Shown here: piece by piece, positions 46,332 to 56,411 of the stretch
How the letters are laid out: each line of letters begins with the position of its first letter
Numbering within the stretch: the stretch's first letter is position 1
Source: Patescibacteria group bacterium
Lineage (GTDB): Bacteria > Patescibacteriota > Microgenomatia > UBA1400 > PJMF01
Direction of reading: 5' to 3'
DNA length: 64,000 bases
Assembly (NCBI GenBank): GCA_016861205.1
Contig: BOKX01000001.1
Location: 456,539 to 520,538, forward strand
Position numbers and translations under genes: made by a program
The notes under the pieces: generated by a model
What the model was told of the DNA's origin: nothing
Databases searched by the model: none
Seen by the model: the letters and a program-made list of their open reading frames with translations, nothing else

Positions 46332-47360
46332 CTACAGCTTCCTCGCCTTTCGGCGTAGTGACTCAAACCAATTAATGGGCTGGTATTTCCAGCTAATCGG
46401 CAAGTCGTGAGCGGGTACAAACTCAGTTACTTGCTCACTGAATCCAGTTTTAAACGTGGTCACCCCAGCAAACCGGTGATTGGGTTGATTCGGAGGGGCA
46501 ATACCCCACAGGTTATACCGCTGACATCCGCGCTCTTTGGCGCGCTGTATGACTGCCCATTGGCAGGCATATGAGCCGGGCAATTTACCGTTAGCAGCCG
46601 TCGAGGTCCCGTAGTGATACACCGCTTCTTGGTTGTAGTACAAGATAAATGCTGAGGCTAACCGCTCGCCATTCAGCTCTGCGTGGAACAACTCGACTTG
46701 GTCATCAGCAGCAAACGCCGCAAACTGTTTTGCCCAAAACTGATGACTAAACGGCACAAAGTTGTGTTTCTTAGCTAACGCCAATTGATCTTGGTACATC
46801 AGGTCAATGTCGGCGGGATCTGTCGAGCGCCGGACGGTAATCCCTTCTTTCTCAGCTCGGCGCACTTCATAACGAGTAGATTTTCGAAAACTGGCCATCA
46901 ACTCATCCAGTGACTTACTTAAATCAACAGTCACCGTAATGTCGGCAGTGACATGCATCGGCGAAGGTTTCGCACCCACTTCATTCAAGAGTGCTGCCAC
47001 TGTCGGTGAGTTGACCACTTGTGGCCGAAATCGAATAAAGTCGACCCGCTCAGCTTGGCCTAGGGAACGCAGATCGGTCATCACTCGATTGACCACCGCT
47101 GGCTGTGACCAATCCAGCAACGGGCCCCCAGCAATCGTCAGATAGGTACCACGCTTAGCGGTTTCTTTAACAGCGGATGCTACAGCGACTGGTCGGCTGT
47201 TCTCTTCCCATACTAATCGTGTCACTGGGTGGCCAAGTTGCTCATGAAAGACGCCCCAGTTCCACGACTGAAGAAAGTTGGCTTCGGGGTAGTGTTGGAC
47301 TACGTTCTCCCAGACAGCTTTGTCGGTAACAGGATTCGGTGGTGTGCTCATAGAACTCAT
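46332..47360 (-). CDS. FemAB-family aminoacyl-tRNA-dependent peptidyltransferase-like protein
   Basis: 342 aa with a FemABX-like N-terminal FLQSWNWG motif, and the length matches the family. Confidence 0.55.
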   Translation of the reverse strand: MSSMSTPPNPVTDKAVWENVVQHYPEANFLQSWNWGVFHEQLGHPVTRLVWEENSRPVAVASAVKETAKRGTYLTIAGGPLLDWSQPAVVNRVMTDLRSLGQAERVDFIRFRPQVVNSPTVAALLNEVGAKPSPMHVTADITVTVDLSKSLDELMASFRKSTRYEVRRAEKEGITVRRSTDPADIDLMYQDQLALAKKHNFVPFSHQFWAKQFAAFAADDQVELFHAELNGERLASAFILYYNQEAVYHYGTSTAANGKLPGSYACQWAVIQRAKERGCQRYNLWGIAPPNQPNHRFAGVTTFKTGFSEQVTEFVPAHDLPISWKYQPINWFESLRRKARKL

Positions 47361-47364
47361 ACCC

Positions 47365-48564
47365 TCACTCCTTCACGTTCGCTTTCAAAGCGGTTATTAC
47401 TCGGGTGGCTTGCTCCAAGCTGATGTGACCGTGGGTTGGTAAGTTAAATACTTTGGCCGCCAACTTTTCGGCGCGTGGGCAACTACCAGTCACATACGCA
47501 CTAGGTCGATTCAGTGACCCGCTATCAACTGGCACTCGGTACCAACGGTCGGTCAGGTAAATGCCCGATTTTTTTAGCTGTTTTGCTAACTGGTCTGGAT
47601 CATCTACCATGACTGGCCAACGGACCAACGAGCATGCTGCTGCTGGCACTCTTGACTGATGGATCGGAATCATTTTCAGCTCGTGCTGATAGAACTCACC
47701 AAGCAACAATCGATGTTCACGCTGTTGAGCCAAACTTCGCAACTGACCCAATACCATCGCTGCCAGCTGAACTGGCAAACTATGCATGGTGGTGGTTGGG
47801 CTGGCTACTGGCGAGCGCAGCAAACCAGTGGCGGTCGCTACTTTGAGGATGACTTTGCCGAGTCCCCAATCAAAAGTCGACCGAACACTCAGCACTACTG
47901 TCGGGTAAATAACGTCTCGCCACCAAGCTGACATCGGTGCGGGAGACAACATGGGCAGCTCTGTAGTAGGTTTGCGACGCAAAGCAGCCGCTCCACCGCT
48001 AACAGCATCAATAATTTTGTCACGACCGAACGAAAGAATCACTGCATCAGCCAACGAACCGACTGGCCGACCATCTTCATCGGTTGCTCCATAACCTTGA
48101 GCCAAGTCTTCAACCAGCACCAACTTGTGTTTGGCAGCCCAAGCGGCGAGCGGCTTCATAGTAGCTGGAATCCCGAGGGTGTGCTGTATCAAAACGAGTT
48201 TAGCTTTGGGTGCCTTGGCTAACGCTTTATCGAGTGTTTTGACATCTGGATTAAAACCATCAGAGCCTAAATCAACAAAGACAGGCTCTGCGCCTACCCG
48301 TGTAATTGCTTCTTCAATTGCGTGACAAGTAAAGGCTTGCGTTAGCACCTGATCACCAGCAGCCACCCCATATGCGCTCAGCACGTACTCGATAGCATCC
48401 CGACCTTTATACGTGAGTACAACCGTGGCGTCGAACTCCGCCTCCAACTTCTCTCGGAGTTCATCGAGCTGCGACTTCTGACTGTTGATCAACTGCCACA
48501 GCGCCAACCGAGCCAACTTCCATGAGTAGTTACCACCCAAGCTGCCAATTATTGCGGTAGTCAT
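47365..48564 (-). CDS. DegT/DnrJ/EryC1/StrS-family PLP-dependent sugar aminotransferase
   Basis: Fold-type I aminotransferase with the SFGRDK(I) Lys region and N-terminal LTYKGRDAIEYVL. Confidence 0.75.
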   Translation of the reverse strand: MTTAIIGSLGGNYSWKLARLALWQLINSQKSQLDELREKLEAEFDATVVLTYKGRDAIEYVLSAYGVAAGDQVLTQAFTCHAIEEAITRVGAEPVFVDLGSDGFNPDVKTLDKALAKAPKAKLVLIQHTLGIPATMKPLAAWAAKHKLVLVEDLAQGYGATDEDGRPVGSLADAVILSFGRDKIIDAVSGGAAALRRKPTTELPMLSPAPMSAWWRDVIYPTVVLSVRSTFDWGLGKVILKVATATGLLRSPVASPTTTMHSLPVQLAAMVLGQLRSLAQQREHRLLLGEFYQHELKMIPIHQSRVPAAACSLVRWPVMVDDPDQLAKQLKKSGIYLTDRWYRVPVDSGSLNRPSAYVTGSCPRAEKLAAKVFNLPTHGHISLEQATRVITALKANVKE

Positions 48565-50045
48565 ACGTGTTTCAGACTTTCTAACAACCAGGCCGGCATC
48601 CGGCCTTCCAGTAACATTAGTACGGACTGTGAACCAGTTTGCAACTCTTGAACACGTGCCATCACCGCTGATCGGCTCGTACGGAGTGTCTCGCCAAACA
48701 CTGCCTCAAAATCACTTTGACCTGCTGCGCCTACATACCAAACTTCACACCCTAGGTTCTTGAGCTGCTGGGCTATGTTGGTGTGAATGTGACCAGACAT
48801 TGGCCCCAAGTCCACGATCCCACTAAATGCCACAACCGTAACTGCTGGCTGACGACGAGCTTGGAGTTCTTTTAGCAGCTCGATGGCTGCCTGAAAGCCC
48901 GCTGGATTCACGGCAAATCCATCATCGATGACGAGTCCGTGTTTCGTTGCCTCTGAGGTGATGAAGCGATTATTGGGCTTGAAGTCTCGCAACGCTGTAA
49001 CCACGACCTCTGCTGGAATCGCCAAGTGCTCGGCAACTGTTAAAGCCGCGCGCACGTTGACCTCGTAGTGACGACCAACTAGTCGGGTTTTAACAACTTC
49101 ACCATGCCACTTAAACTGCAGGTACCCTTGATCGTCGAGTCTAACGTCACTCAACTTCAGTTGGGCATCATCACCGGTGTAAGGCATAATCTTCGCACCC
49201 GACTCAGCTACTCCCACCTCAGCAATGCGAACTGCCCCAGCATCTGCAGCATGGCAAAAAACCAATCCTTCTGGTGGTAACGCCGCTGCTAGCTCACCTT
49301 CAGCTGCCAAGATGTTTTCAATCGAACCAAATAAACTCAAGTGCTGTTCAGTAAATCCGGTCTCCACCGCTAACTGGGGCGGAAAGTATGAAGCTAACTC
49401 AGCGATCTCACCTCGTTTGTAGGTACCATACTCGATGAGCATGATTGGCTCGCCATGGTAATTTTGCAAAATACTCCGGGCTACTGAGTACCGAGTGTTA
49501 TACGAATATGGCGTCACGAAACAAGGTTTCCAAGCTTTGATAACTTGGTGTAGTAGGTGTTTCGTTGTCGTTTTGCCATAACACCCACCAATGCCAATAA
49601 TCAGCGGTTGATGCTGCTTAACTAAGCGAGCTGCTAAGCGTAACTGTGACAGAATCACCAACTCGCTGACCACAGCCGTAGGTACCAAAGCCAAAACAAT
49701 CACACCTGGCAATACCAGATACACTACAATTGCCACGAACCATAAAGCCCATACGCCACTCAACAAATAACTCGTGCCTAAACCCAGACTCACGATCATC
49801 CCGCTTAAAACCGCCACGGTTAGTACTCGAAAAGTAATCCGCGGACGTTTCAGCCCTCGCCGAGAAAAGTCGCTGAGTTGCGGCCACCAGCGCCGCAGTT
49901 CTTGACCAGCCTCATCAGTTTTAAGCCAACTAACTAAGCGGTCAAGTCGGTACTCCTTTTGTTGGGCGAACGCCAACCAGCGTAACCAGCGAATAACGGC
50001 TAGCATAGCCAAAGGAAATAGCGTCAAACTGAGCAACCACACCAT
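48561..50045 (-). CDS. Mur-ligase family enzyme (MurF-like) with an N-terminal 3-4-helix membrane domain
   Basis: P-loop IGIGGCYGKTTTK, a GRHYEV / GRFE-like region, and a MurF-like IDDGFAVNPAGF region (compare IDDSYNANP). The N-terminal about 130 aa are hydrophobic. Confidence 0.6.
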   Translation of the reverse strand: MVWLLSLTLFPLAMLAVIRWLRWLAFAQQKEYRLDRLVSWLKTDEAGQELRRWWPQLSDFSRRGLKRPRITFRVLTVAVLSGMIVSLGLGTSYLLSGVWALWFVAIVVYLVLPGVIVLALVPTAVVSELVILSQLRLAARLVKQHQPLIIGIGGCYGKTTTKHLLHQVIKAWKPCFVTPYSYNTRYSVARSILQNYHGEPIMLIEYGTYKRGEIAELASYFPPQLAVETGFTEQHLSLFGSIENILAAEGELAAALPPEGLVFCHAADAGAVRIAEVGVAESGAKIMPYTGDDAQLKLSDVRLDDQGYLQFKWHGEVVKTRLVGRHYEVNVRAALTVAEHLAIPAEVVVTALRDFKPNNRFITSEATKHGLVIDDGFAVNPAGFQAAIELLKELQARRQPAVTVVAFSGIVDLGPMSGHIHTNIAQQLKNLGCEVWYVGAAGQSDFEAVFGETLRTSRSAVMARVQELQTGSQSVLMLLEGRMPAWLLESLKHV

Positions 50046-50107
50046 ACTGGGTCTATTCTAGGGGATTTCAGGACAACTCACCAGGTCTAGAGTTCGCTGT
50101 GCTCGCA

Positions 50108-50818
50108 TTAACCAAGCCACTGCTTTATAAGCTTGGCCACCTGATGTGAATGGCTGTAGTGTGGCGAGTGGCGCGCTTTTGGAATCAACTGTAAATCACT
50201 GTCTGCAATCAGGTTTTGATACCTCCTAGCGATTTTTGTAGGCGTAACTCGATCTTGTTCGCCCCAGATCAGGAGCGTGGGCACATGGAGGGCGGCTGCC
50301 TCATCAATCACTTCTTGGTCCAAAATTAATGACATAGTCCGACGCAACAGCGGCGGCGCGTTCAGATAGTCTCGCTCTCGAGCCAGCTTGTACAGAAGTT
50401 GGCGTGCTATTGGCACATCAAAGAATATTTTGCCAATTTTGGCAGCTACCCAAAACCCAGCCCTTTTGACCTTAGCTTTCAGCGACCAGTCGCGAATGCC
50501 TGAAGATGCTACCAAAATTAAGTGGGCAATTTGTCGGGGGTGGGTGGCCGCGTAGCGAATAGCCAGCTGACCACCAAATGAGTGACCCAATAAAATAACA
50601 TCACGCTTACCCTTGAGTTTGGTCTCCAACCAGCGCACATAGTCATCGAGTTCCCAAACTTCATGCAACGGCGAGCTGAGCCCAGGCAAGCCCAAAAAAA
50701 CCGGCCGGTACCCCAGGTTCTCCAACTCCCGCATAAATGGCAACCACTTCAGTTCATTATTTTTATCAACTGACCAGCCATGGAGTAAAAAAATATCGTG
50801 TCGTTCTTTGCCTGACAT
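50108..50818 (-). CDS. alpha/beta hydrolase
   Basis: HGWS oxyanion region and the GHSFGG nucleophile elbow. Confidence 0.7.
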   Translation of the reverse strand: MSGKERHDIFLLHGWSVDKNNELKWLPFMRELENLGYRPVFLGLPGLSSPLHEVWELDDYVRWLETKLKGKRDVILLGHSFGGQLAIRYAATHPRQIAHLILVASSGIRDWSLKAKVKRAGFWVAAKIGKIFFDVPIARQLLYKLARERDYLNAPPLLRRTMSLILDQEVIDEAAALHVPTLLIWGEQDRVTPTKIARRYQNLIADSDLQLIPKARHSPHYSHSHQVAKLIKQWLG

Positions 50819-50867
50819 ATGAACTTATTGCCAAACTCGCTTTTGTAATGAAACAGAGATAGTTCGA

Positions 50868-50935
50868 GCTAAACAGGTTGTTTCTTGGCGAAGGACTAGC
50901 TGAACTAATTCGAGACAAGAAACAACCTGTTTAGC
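50868..50935. repeat. perfect 20-bp inverted repeat with a 28-nt spacer in the MFS/hydrolase intergenic region
   Basis: GCTAAACAGGTTGTTTCTTG ... CAAGAAACAACCTGTTTAGC, with no flanking U-tract on either strand. Confidence 0.6.
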
Positions 50936-50992
50936 CGAAGTAGCTCCTGTTGGAATAGAAATGGAGTTTGGTAATAAGTTCATAAGGTTATT

Positions 50993-52228
50993 CTAGACCA
51001 TCTTTTTGAGGAAATATAGCAAACCCAGATGTGATAAACCCATTACCAGCATCATCACTCGCATCGCCACCGCCAAATCAAAAATGGTACTCACCAACCC
51101 AAACACCAGTACGCCCCCAATTCGACCCACGTTCAGAAACAACTCTCGATCAGCTACATAGGCATAGTTGGTAGTGGGATCGCCCTCATCTTGATGTTCA
51201 ATTGCCTGCTCTGCAATCGGACTACTAGCCAACCAGCACCAATGAATCAGTGCGTCGGCCACGAGCAGGTACATTAGCACCGCTGCCCCATTAAAGAGCG
51301 CACTCACCAACAACATAGTAACCAGCAGCACTATATATCCAGCCTGAGCATAGTGATACCGCTGGTGGACTTTGACCTGCCGACCCAACCAGTACAATAG
51401 CCCGGCTGAAATCAAGGCGGCCAATGATTGTGTCGTCCCCAATATCCCCTCTTCACCCAAGAATTGAAAAACCAACAAGGCAGGTAAAAAGAGATCTATA
51501 CCATTTCGGATACCCCGCCAAACTTCAACCCACCGAGCTGCTTGCCAAGTTCGTGATGGGTTGGTTACCCAGATTTTAGAAACAGTCGGTTGTGAAAACC
51601 CTGTCCTGACCACCCAGGTGGCCATCAAACTTAACACGACAACTGCTCCCAACCCCAACCATTGATAGGCCTGATCGACTGTGCCCCAGCCAATCAGCTC
51701 AGCCCCTTTAATAAACCATCCAACCACAAAGGGCGTCACCACCGTCGCCAGAGTCACCAACATCATCTCGATCCCCATAAAAAAATTGCGATGACTATCT
51801 GTGGTCGTCTCGATGCGCAAAAAGTTACGATTTGACCAGTACCAGCCCCATAGGATACCTTGCACGGCCCCAATCCCGATTAACTGCCACCAACTCTGCC
51901 AGGAAAACCAGAACAGCATCAAAACGACTAACGGTTGACCAATAATCCCAAGCCCATATAACCACTGAATTTTGACTCGCCTGAGTAACCAGCCATTTAC
52001 AAAAAAAGTTGCTGGCAAACTGACAAAAATACCCAAGTTGTATAAGGCAACGTACCAAGTTTGATCGAGACGCCTCAGCAAAAATGAGTTTACAAATGTG
52101 TGCAAAATGGGGTACATGAACTCATACACGGTGATCGATGCTAACAAGGCACGGGCTCTGTCAGATAGTTGTTGCCAATGCTGGTACTCGGTAACCACCA
52201 GATCTCGGATGCGGCTAGTCAAAAACAT
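50993..52228 (-). CDS. polytopic membrane transporter (MFS-like)
   Basis: 411 aa with about 12 TM helices and a 6+6 arrangement. No substrate can be inferred. Confidence 0.45.
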   Translation of the reverse strand: MFLTSRIRDLVVTEYQHWQQLSDRARALLASITVYEFMYPILHTFVNSFLLRRLDQTWYVALYNLGIFVSLPATFFVNGWLLRRVKIQWLYGLGIIGQPLVVLMLFWFSWQSWWQLIGIGAVQGILWGWYWSNRNFLRIETTTDSHRNFFMGIEMMLVTLATVVTPFVVGWFIKGAELIGWGTVDQAYQWLGLGAVVVLSLMATWVVRTGFSQPTVSKIWVTNPSRTWQAARWVEVWRGIRNGIDLFLPALLVFQFLGEEGILGTTQSLAALISAGLLYWLGRQVKVHQRYHYAQAGYIVLLVTMLLVSALFNGAAVLMYLLVADALIHWCWLASSPIAEQAIEHQDEGDPTTNYAYVADRELFLNVGRIGGVLVFGLVSTIFDLAVAMRVMMLVMGLSHLGLLYFLKKMV

Positions 52229-52254
52229 ACTCGGGCAATTATACTAGGTGACGT

Positions 52255-52944
52255 ATGAAGACACCCACACGGTTTGCCATCACCACGGTAGCAGTTCTCG
52301 GCTCAAGTCTAGTATTGGCCGCGTGCGGCGGCGTGCAGCTGCAGTCACAAGGTGAGGTACCACTCCAGTTGTATAATCAAAACTCGCCGGTACCCAACCA
52401 GCCAACCAGTCAGCAAGTAAAAAAAGAAACGACGCAACCTGCAACGGCTCAGAAAGGCCAGATGAAAACACTCAATGACTTTAAACCTATTGAAGCCACC
52501 GAAGTGACTTTGACCACTACAAAAGGTGATATTGTTTTTACACTTTATCGAGAACAAGCACCATTAACTACTGCTAATTTCCTCGACTTAGCCAGTCAAA
52601 AGTTTTACGACGGAGTGGTTTTCCACCGAGTTATTCCAGACTTTATGGCCCAGGTTGGAGATCCTTTGAGTAAAGATGAAGCTCAGAAGGCTCGCTGGGG
52701 TACTGGCGGCCCAGGCTACAGTATTGCTGATGAGTTTTCACCAGATTTAAAACATGACAGTGAAGGTGTGGTATCGATGGCAAACGCTGGTCCCAATACC
52801 GGTGGCAGTCAATTCTTTATCACCTACGAAGCGACGCCTTGGCTAGATGGCAAGCATGCCGTCTTTGGCAAAGTGACCAAAGGGATGGATGTTCTCAGAT
52901 CTATCACGATCGGTGACAAGATTACTTCAGTCAGCTACCGCTAA
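52255..52944 (+). CDS. ppiB: lipoprotein peptidyl-prolyl cis-trans isomerase (cyclophilin type)
   Basis: Lipobox LVLAACGG and the cyclophilin motifs FHRVIPDFMAQVGDP and GPNTGGSQFFIT. Confidence 0.9.
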   Translation: MKTPTRFAITTVAVLGSSLVLAACGGVQLQSQGEVPLQLYNQNSPVPNQPTSQQVKKETTQPATAQKGQMKTLNDFKPIEATEVTLTTTKGDIVFTLYREQAPLTTANFLDLASQKFYDGVVFHRVIPDFMAQVGDPLSKDEAQKARWGTGGPGYSIADEFSPDLKHDSEGVVSMANAGPNTGGSQFFITYEATPWLDGKHAVFGKVTKGMDVLRSITIGDKITSVSYR

Positions 52945-52957
52945 TCAGTCGACTCGG

Positions 52958-54502
52958 GTGCGAGTAGGACTTGGTGTCATAGCCAGCTTAGCCGTGGTGT
53001 TGGCGTGGCAACTTGGGCCAACAATCATACAGGCCGCCCGGTTGGTGGCAATCGGTCCTCAGTGCCGGCAAGCGTTTACAACACAAACTGACTTAACTCT
53101 CGAGCCTGACGTATCACTATCTCGCTGTGTATCGAGACTGCAAAGCTTGGCAATCACTATCGATCGATCAGCAATGTTGCGACCGGTAGCAGTGATGGCT
53201 GGTAGCTATTATTTACAGTTACCAACAGAAACCATTAGTCATCTCTTGACTCAAGCGCCGAGTGACTTAGGCATAATCCAACGTGAACTCTTAACCGGCG
53301 ATCGTCGCTACGCAGTCCTGCTTCAAAATAGCGATGAACTCCGTGCTACCGGTGGTTTTGCCGGTTCACTGGCTACCCTAGAACTCCATCACGGTCAAGC
53401 GGTTGGCATCACCGTCTACGACATCTTTGCTCCAGCCGGGCAGTTTACGGGCTATCGAGAACCACCACCAGGAGTAAAAGAGTACTTGAGTGGCGGGGAA
53501 ACCTGGCGACTGCAGGATGCCAACTGGTCACCAGACTTCCCCATGAGCGCTCAAACAGTCCTCAGTTTTTTGGGTGAAAGTGGCTGGCCAGCTATCGACG
53601 GAGTGGTCGGTGTTAACTTGATCTTCATCGAGAAAGTTTTGGCCATCGTGGGACCAGTTTGGCTGCCCGACTATCATCAATTGGTAACAGCTGAAAATTT
53701 AGCTGAGCTGGCCCGTTCAGATCGAGCTAGTTTCTTCCCTGGCTCATATCAAAAAGCTCAGTTTTTGCAAAGCTTAAGTACGCATCTTCGACTCAAACTT
53801 AGTACGTTGACGACTGACCAGTACCGGCGTTTGTTAAAGTTGTTCTTGACTGGCCGGTTGGCCAAGGACTGGCAAGTCTACAGCCATCAGCCTGAGCTGG
53901 AAACCGTTTGGCAAAATTGGGGGTTGGCCGGCGCTTGGGGACCTCTCGTCCAAGATGATGACGTCATGCCGTTTGCTTGGATTGAGTCGAACGTTGGCAT
54001 TAACAAAGCGAATCGCCGCATTGGCAGAACAATTCAGCTGGAAAAAAACCAGCAATCGCTGCAGGTTAGCGCCACCATCACCAACACCAATAGTCCGAGT
54101 AATCGGCCTCTGGTATCTGAGGATATGCCAAACCAACCGAGTGCCACCGTCGCTGCCCAAAGCCGAACCGGTCACTACGTCAACTATCAACGTGTCTGGG
54201 TGCCAGCCACCACCGAGGTGACTTCCTTGCTGCTCAACCAAGTTCCTCAATCCCAGTGGCATGAGCTCGTGCTGACTACCACGAACGGTTATCAAGTCAA
54301 AGAAATAGGTTGGGTAATGACTGTCAGTGAAGACTCACAGGCCACAGTTGAGCTTAACCTGAAACTATCTGAACCAGCCGCCCACAGCGCCCGCCTGTGG
54401 CTCTGGAAACAACCCGGCACTGCGCCGACTACATACTCCGTTACTTCCCCACCTCATTCCCAGCGCTTCGAGTTGGTAACCGATCAATTCGTGAACTGGT
54501 AA
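52958..54502 (+). CDS. membrane-anchored extracytoplasmic protein, DUF4012-like
   Basis: GTG start chosen just after the ppiB stop (the ORF track starts at 52889, overlapping ppiB). It has an N-terminal anchor and an ELRATGGFAGS motif reminiscent of DUF4012 proteins. Confidence 0.4.
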   Translation: MRVGLGVIASLAVVLAWQLGPTIIQAARLVAIGPQCRQAFTTQTDLTLEPDVSLSRCVSRLQSLAITIDRSAMLRPVAVMAGSYYLQLPTETISHLLTQAPSDLGIIQRELLTGDRRYAVLLQNSDELRATGGFAGSLATLELHHGQAVGITVYDIFAPAGQFTGYREPPPGVKEYLSGGETWRLQDANWSPDFPMSAQTVLSFLGESGWPAIDGVVGVNLIFIEKVLAIVGPVWLPDYHQLVTAENLAELARSDRASFFPGSYQKAQFLQSLSTHLRLKLSTLTTDQYRRLLKLFLTGRLAKDWQVYSHQPELETVWQNWGLAGAWGPLVQDDDVMPFAWIESNVGINKANRRIGRTIQLEKNQQSLQVSATITNTNSPSNRPLVSEDMPNQPSATVAAQSRTGHYVNYQRVWVPATTEVTSLLLNQVPQSQWHELVLTTTNGYQVKEIGWVMTVSEDSQATVELNLKLSEPAAHSARLWLWKQPGTAPTTYSVTSPPHSQRFELVTDQFVNW

Positions 54503-54523
54503 CCAGGCTGGTGATACAATTAC

Positions 54524-55633
54524 TTGATGTCAGAACTCGATCCCCAAGTCCTCCTCGACCAAGCCCAAACCGTTTTGGCCGCCAGTTCCCTTGTGGAGTT
54601 GCAACAGACACAAACTCAACTTCATGCTGAAACACTCGCACCAGGCTTTTGGTCTCGACCAGATGCCCAAGCGATCATGCAAAACTTAGCTACCACCGAG
54701 CAGCGGCTGCGTGAACTGGATGAACTTCAAAAACTACGCGACGATGTCCAAGCTTCTCAAGCCTTGTTAGCGGAACTAAGTGCCCAAGCCGAAGACTCAA
54801 CCGACAATCAAGCACTCAACCAAGAACTCACTACCCTGTTACCCAAGCTTGCCAAGTCAATTGCAGCCGTCGAGTTAACTCAGTTCTTGGCTGGTAAGTA
54901 CGATAGTTACGGTGCAATCGTCTCATTTCATTCTGGCCAAGGCGGGACTGAAGCCATGGACTGGGCGGACATGGTTCGTCGGATGTATCTTCGCTACTTT
55001 GAGAAAAAGGGCTGGAAATACCAGTTTATTTCAGAATCAAGAGGTGAAGAAGCCGGCATCAAAGCAGCCGTGTACGAGGTCACTGCTCCTTATGCCTATG
55101 GCTACCTCAAGTATGAGCGTGGCACCCATCGCCTGGTGCGCCTTAGCCCCTTCAACGCCGATAGTTTGCGGCAAACATCGTTTGCATTGGTAGAAGTGCT
55201 GCCATTAATTCCGGCTGACAGTGGCGAAGTTGAGCTTAAAGAAGCTGAGTTGTCATGGCATTTTACCCGGGCTGGCGGAGCTGGTGGTCAAAACGTCAAT
55301 AAAGTGAACACTGCAGTCGAGCTCACCCATTTACCGACAGGCATTGTCGTTCGTTGTCGAGAAGAACGCTCACAAGCACAAAACAAAGCCAGGGCGCTGC
55401 AGCTCCTCAAAGCCCAACTGGCCCAACAAGAAGACGAGAAACAACAAGCTGAGTTGGCCAAAGTCAAAGGCACCCATAGTCATGCCAGTTGGGGAAACCA
55501 GATTCGCAACTATGTTTTGCATCCTTATCACTTGGTTAAAGACACACGGACTGAGGTTGAGTCGACTGATACCGACGCCGTACTCGACGGGGATCTTGAC
55601 CAGTTTATTCAGGCAGAAATCAAGGCACTCTAA
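54524..55633 (+). CDS. prfB: peptide chain release factor 2
   Basis: SPF tripeptide (RLSPFNA) and GGQ motif ([11 protein letters not shown]). It is a continuous ORF with no programmed +1 frameshift site. Confidence 0.9.
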   Translation: MMSELDPQVLLDQAQTVLAASSLVELQQTQTQLHAETLAPGFWSRPDAQAIMQNLATTEQRLRELDELQKLRDDVQASQALLAELSAQAEDSTDNQALNQELTTLLPKLAKSIAAVELTQFLAGKYDSYGAIVSFHSGQGGTEAMDWADMVRRMYLRYFEKKGWKYQFISESRGEEAGIKAAVYEVTAPYAYGYLKYERGTHRLVRLSPFNADSLRQTSFALVEVLPLIPADSGEVELKEAELSWHFTRAGGAGGQNVNKVNTAVELTHLPTGIVVRCREERSQAQNKARALQLLKAQLAQQEDEKQQAELAKVKGTHSHASWGNQIRNYVLHPYHLVKDTRTEVESTDTDAVLDGDLDQFIQAEIKAL

Positions 55634-55683
55634 AATCCTGTTCCGTTGTCAACTTCGCGTAAACTCAAGTTATGGAAAGGTTT

Positions 55684-55800
55684 CACCAGTTTGTCACAAG
55701 CCTCTGATTGCCGATAACATGACCATATTTAACCTGCAAGATCCTAGAGGCAATCAGCGGAATCTGGAGGCAGGGCCAGATGTCTTGTGACAAACTGGTG
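55684..55800. repeat. 117-nt element bounded by a perfect 17-bp inverted repeat with an inner 9-11-bp stem
   Basis: CACCAGTTTGTCACAAG (55684-55700) pairs with CTTGTGACAAACTGGTG (55784-55800). The inner stem is CTGATTGCC/GGCAATCAG. It lies between prfB and the operon that contains ftsEX. Confidence 0.55.
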
Positions 55801-55851
55801 AGCCGCAATTTCGGGTAGTCGCACGGCTGAGTTATGTAGTATGATTGACTT

Positions 55852-56403
55852 ATGGAAGCCAACCAATCAGTACCCACACCTGCTCTTGAACCCACTCCTC
55901 AGCCGAGTCAACCTGGCGTACTGCATTCGTTGGACATGGATCAGAAAGGCAGTGATATGAAGTCGTCAAAGAAAGTTGTAATGGTGCTGGCTGTGGTCAT
56001 GATCGCAGCGGGCATTGGCACAGGTGTCGGCGTTGCTAAACTTCAAGGCAAGAGCGTACCAGGGGCACCTAGCTCTGCTCAACCAATTCAACAGGTGGCC
56101 GGTAACCAGGTCAAAGCGGGTGACGTGTTTGGTGTGCCCGATGAGAAAACATTTAAAGACAGCGCCGAAGGTTATCTTGAAGCCGGCGGTCTCGACGGTG
56201 AAGGTTCACACCACCTCCTGCGTGAAGGTGGAGTATCTCAAACAGTTTACTTAACTTCTTCGGTAACAGATCTGAGTAAGTTTGAAGGTATGACCGTAAA
56301 AGTTTGGGGTGAAACCTTTAAAGCCCAAAAAGCTGGCTGGTTGATGGACGTAGGCCGTGTTCAGGTCGTCAACCCTCAAGGCCAAGCCCCCAGTGAGGAG
56401 TAA
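55852..56403 (+). CDS. hypothetical membrane-anchored protein encoded upstream of ftsEX
   Basis: Pro/Gln-rich N-terminus, one TM helix (VVMVLAVVMIAAGIG) and an extracytoplasmic about 120-aa domain. An internal Met (MDQKG) is an alternative start. Confidence 0.4.
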   Translation: MEANQSVPTPALEPTPQPSQPGVLHSLDMDQKGSDMKSSKKVVMVLAVVMIAAGIGTGVGVAKLQGKSVPGAPSSAQPIQQVAGNQVKAGDVFGVPDEKTFKDSAEGYLEAGGLDGEGSHHLLREGGVSQTVYLTSSVTDLSKFEGMTVKVWGETFKAQKAGWLMDVGRVQVVNPQGQAPSEE

Positions 56404-56411
56404 CTACGCAC

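Noticed and set aside
54524-55633. Programmed +1 frameshift site in prfB
   Set aside because: The RF2 ORF is continuous from its start through the SPF and GGQ motifs, and there is no CUU UGA context or frame change. The autoregulatory frameshift is simply absent here, as in a minority of bacteria.
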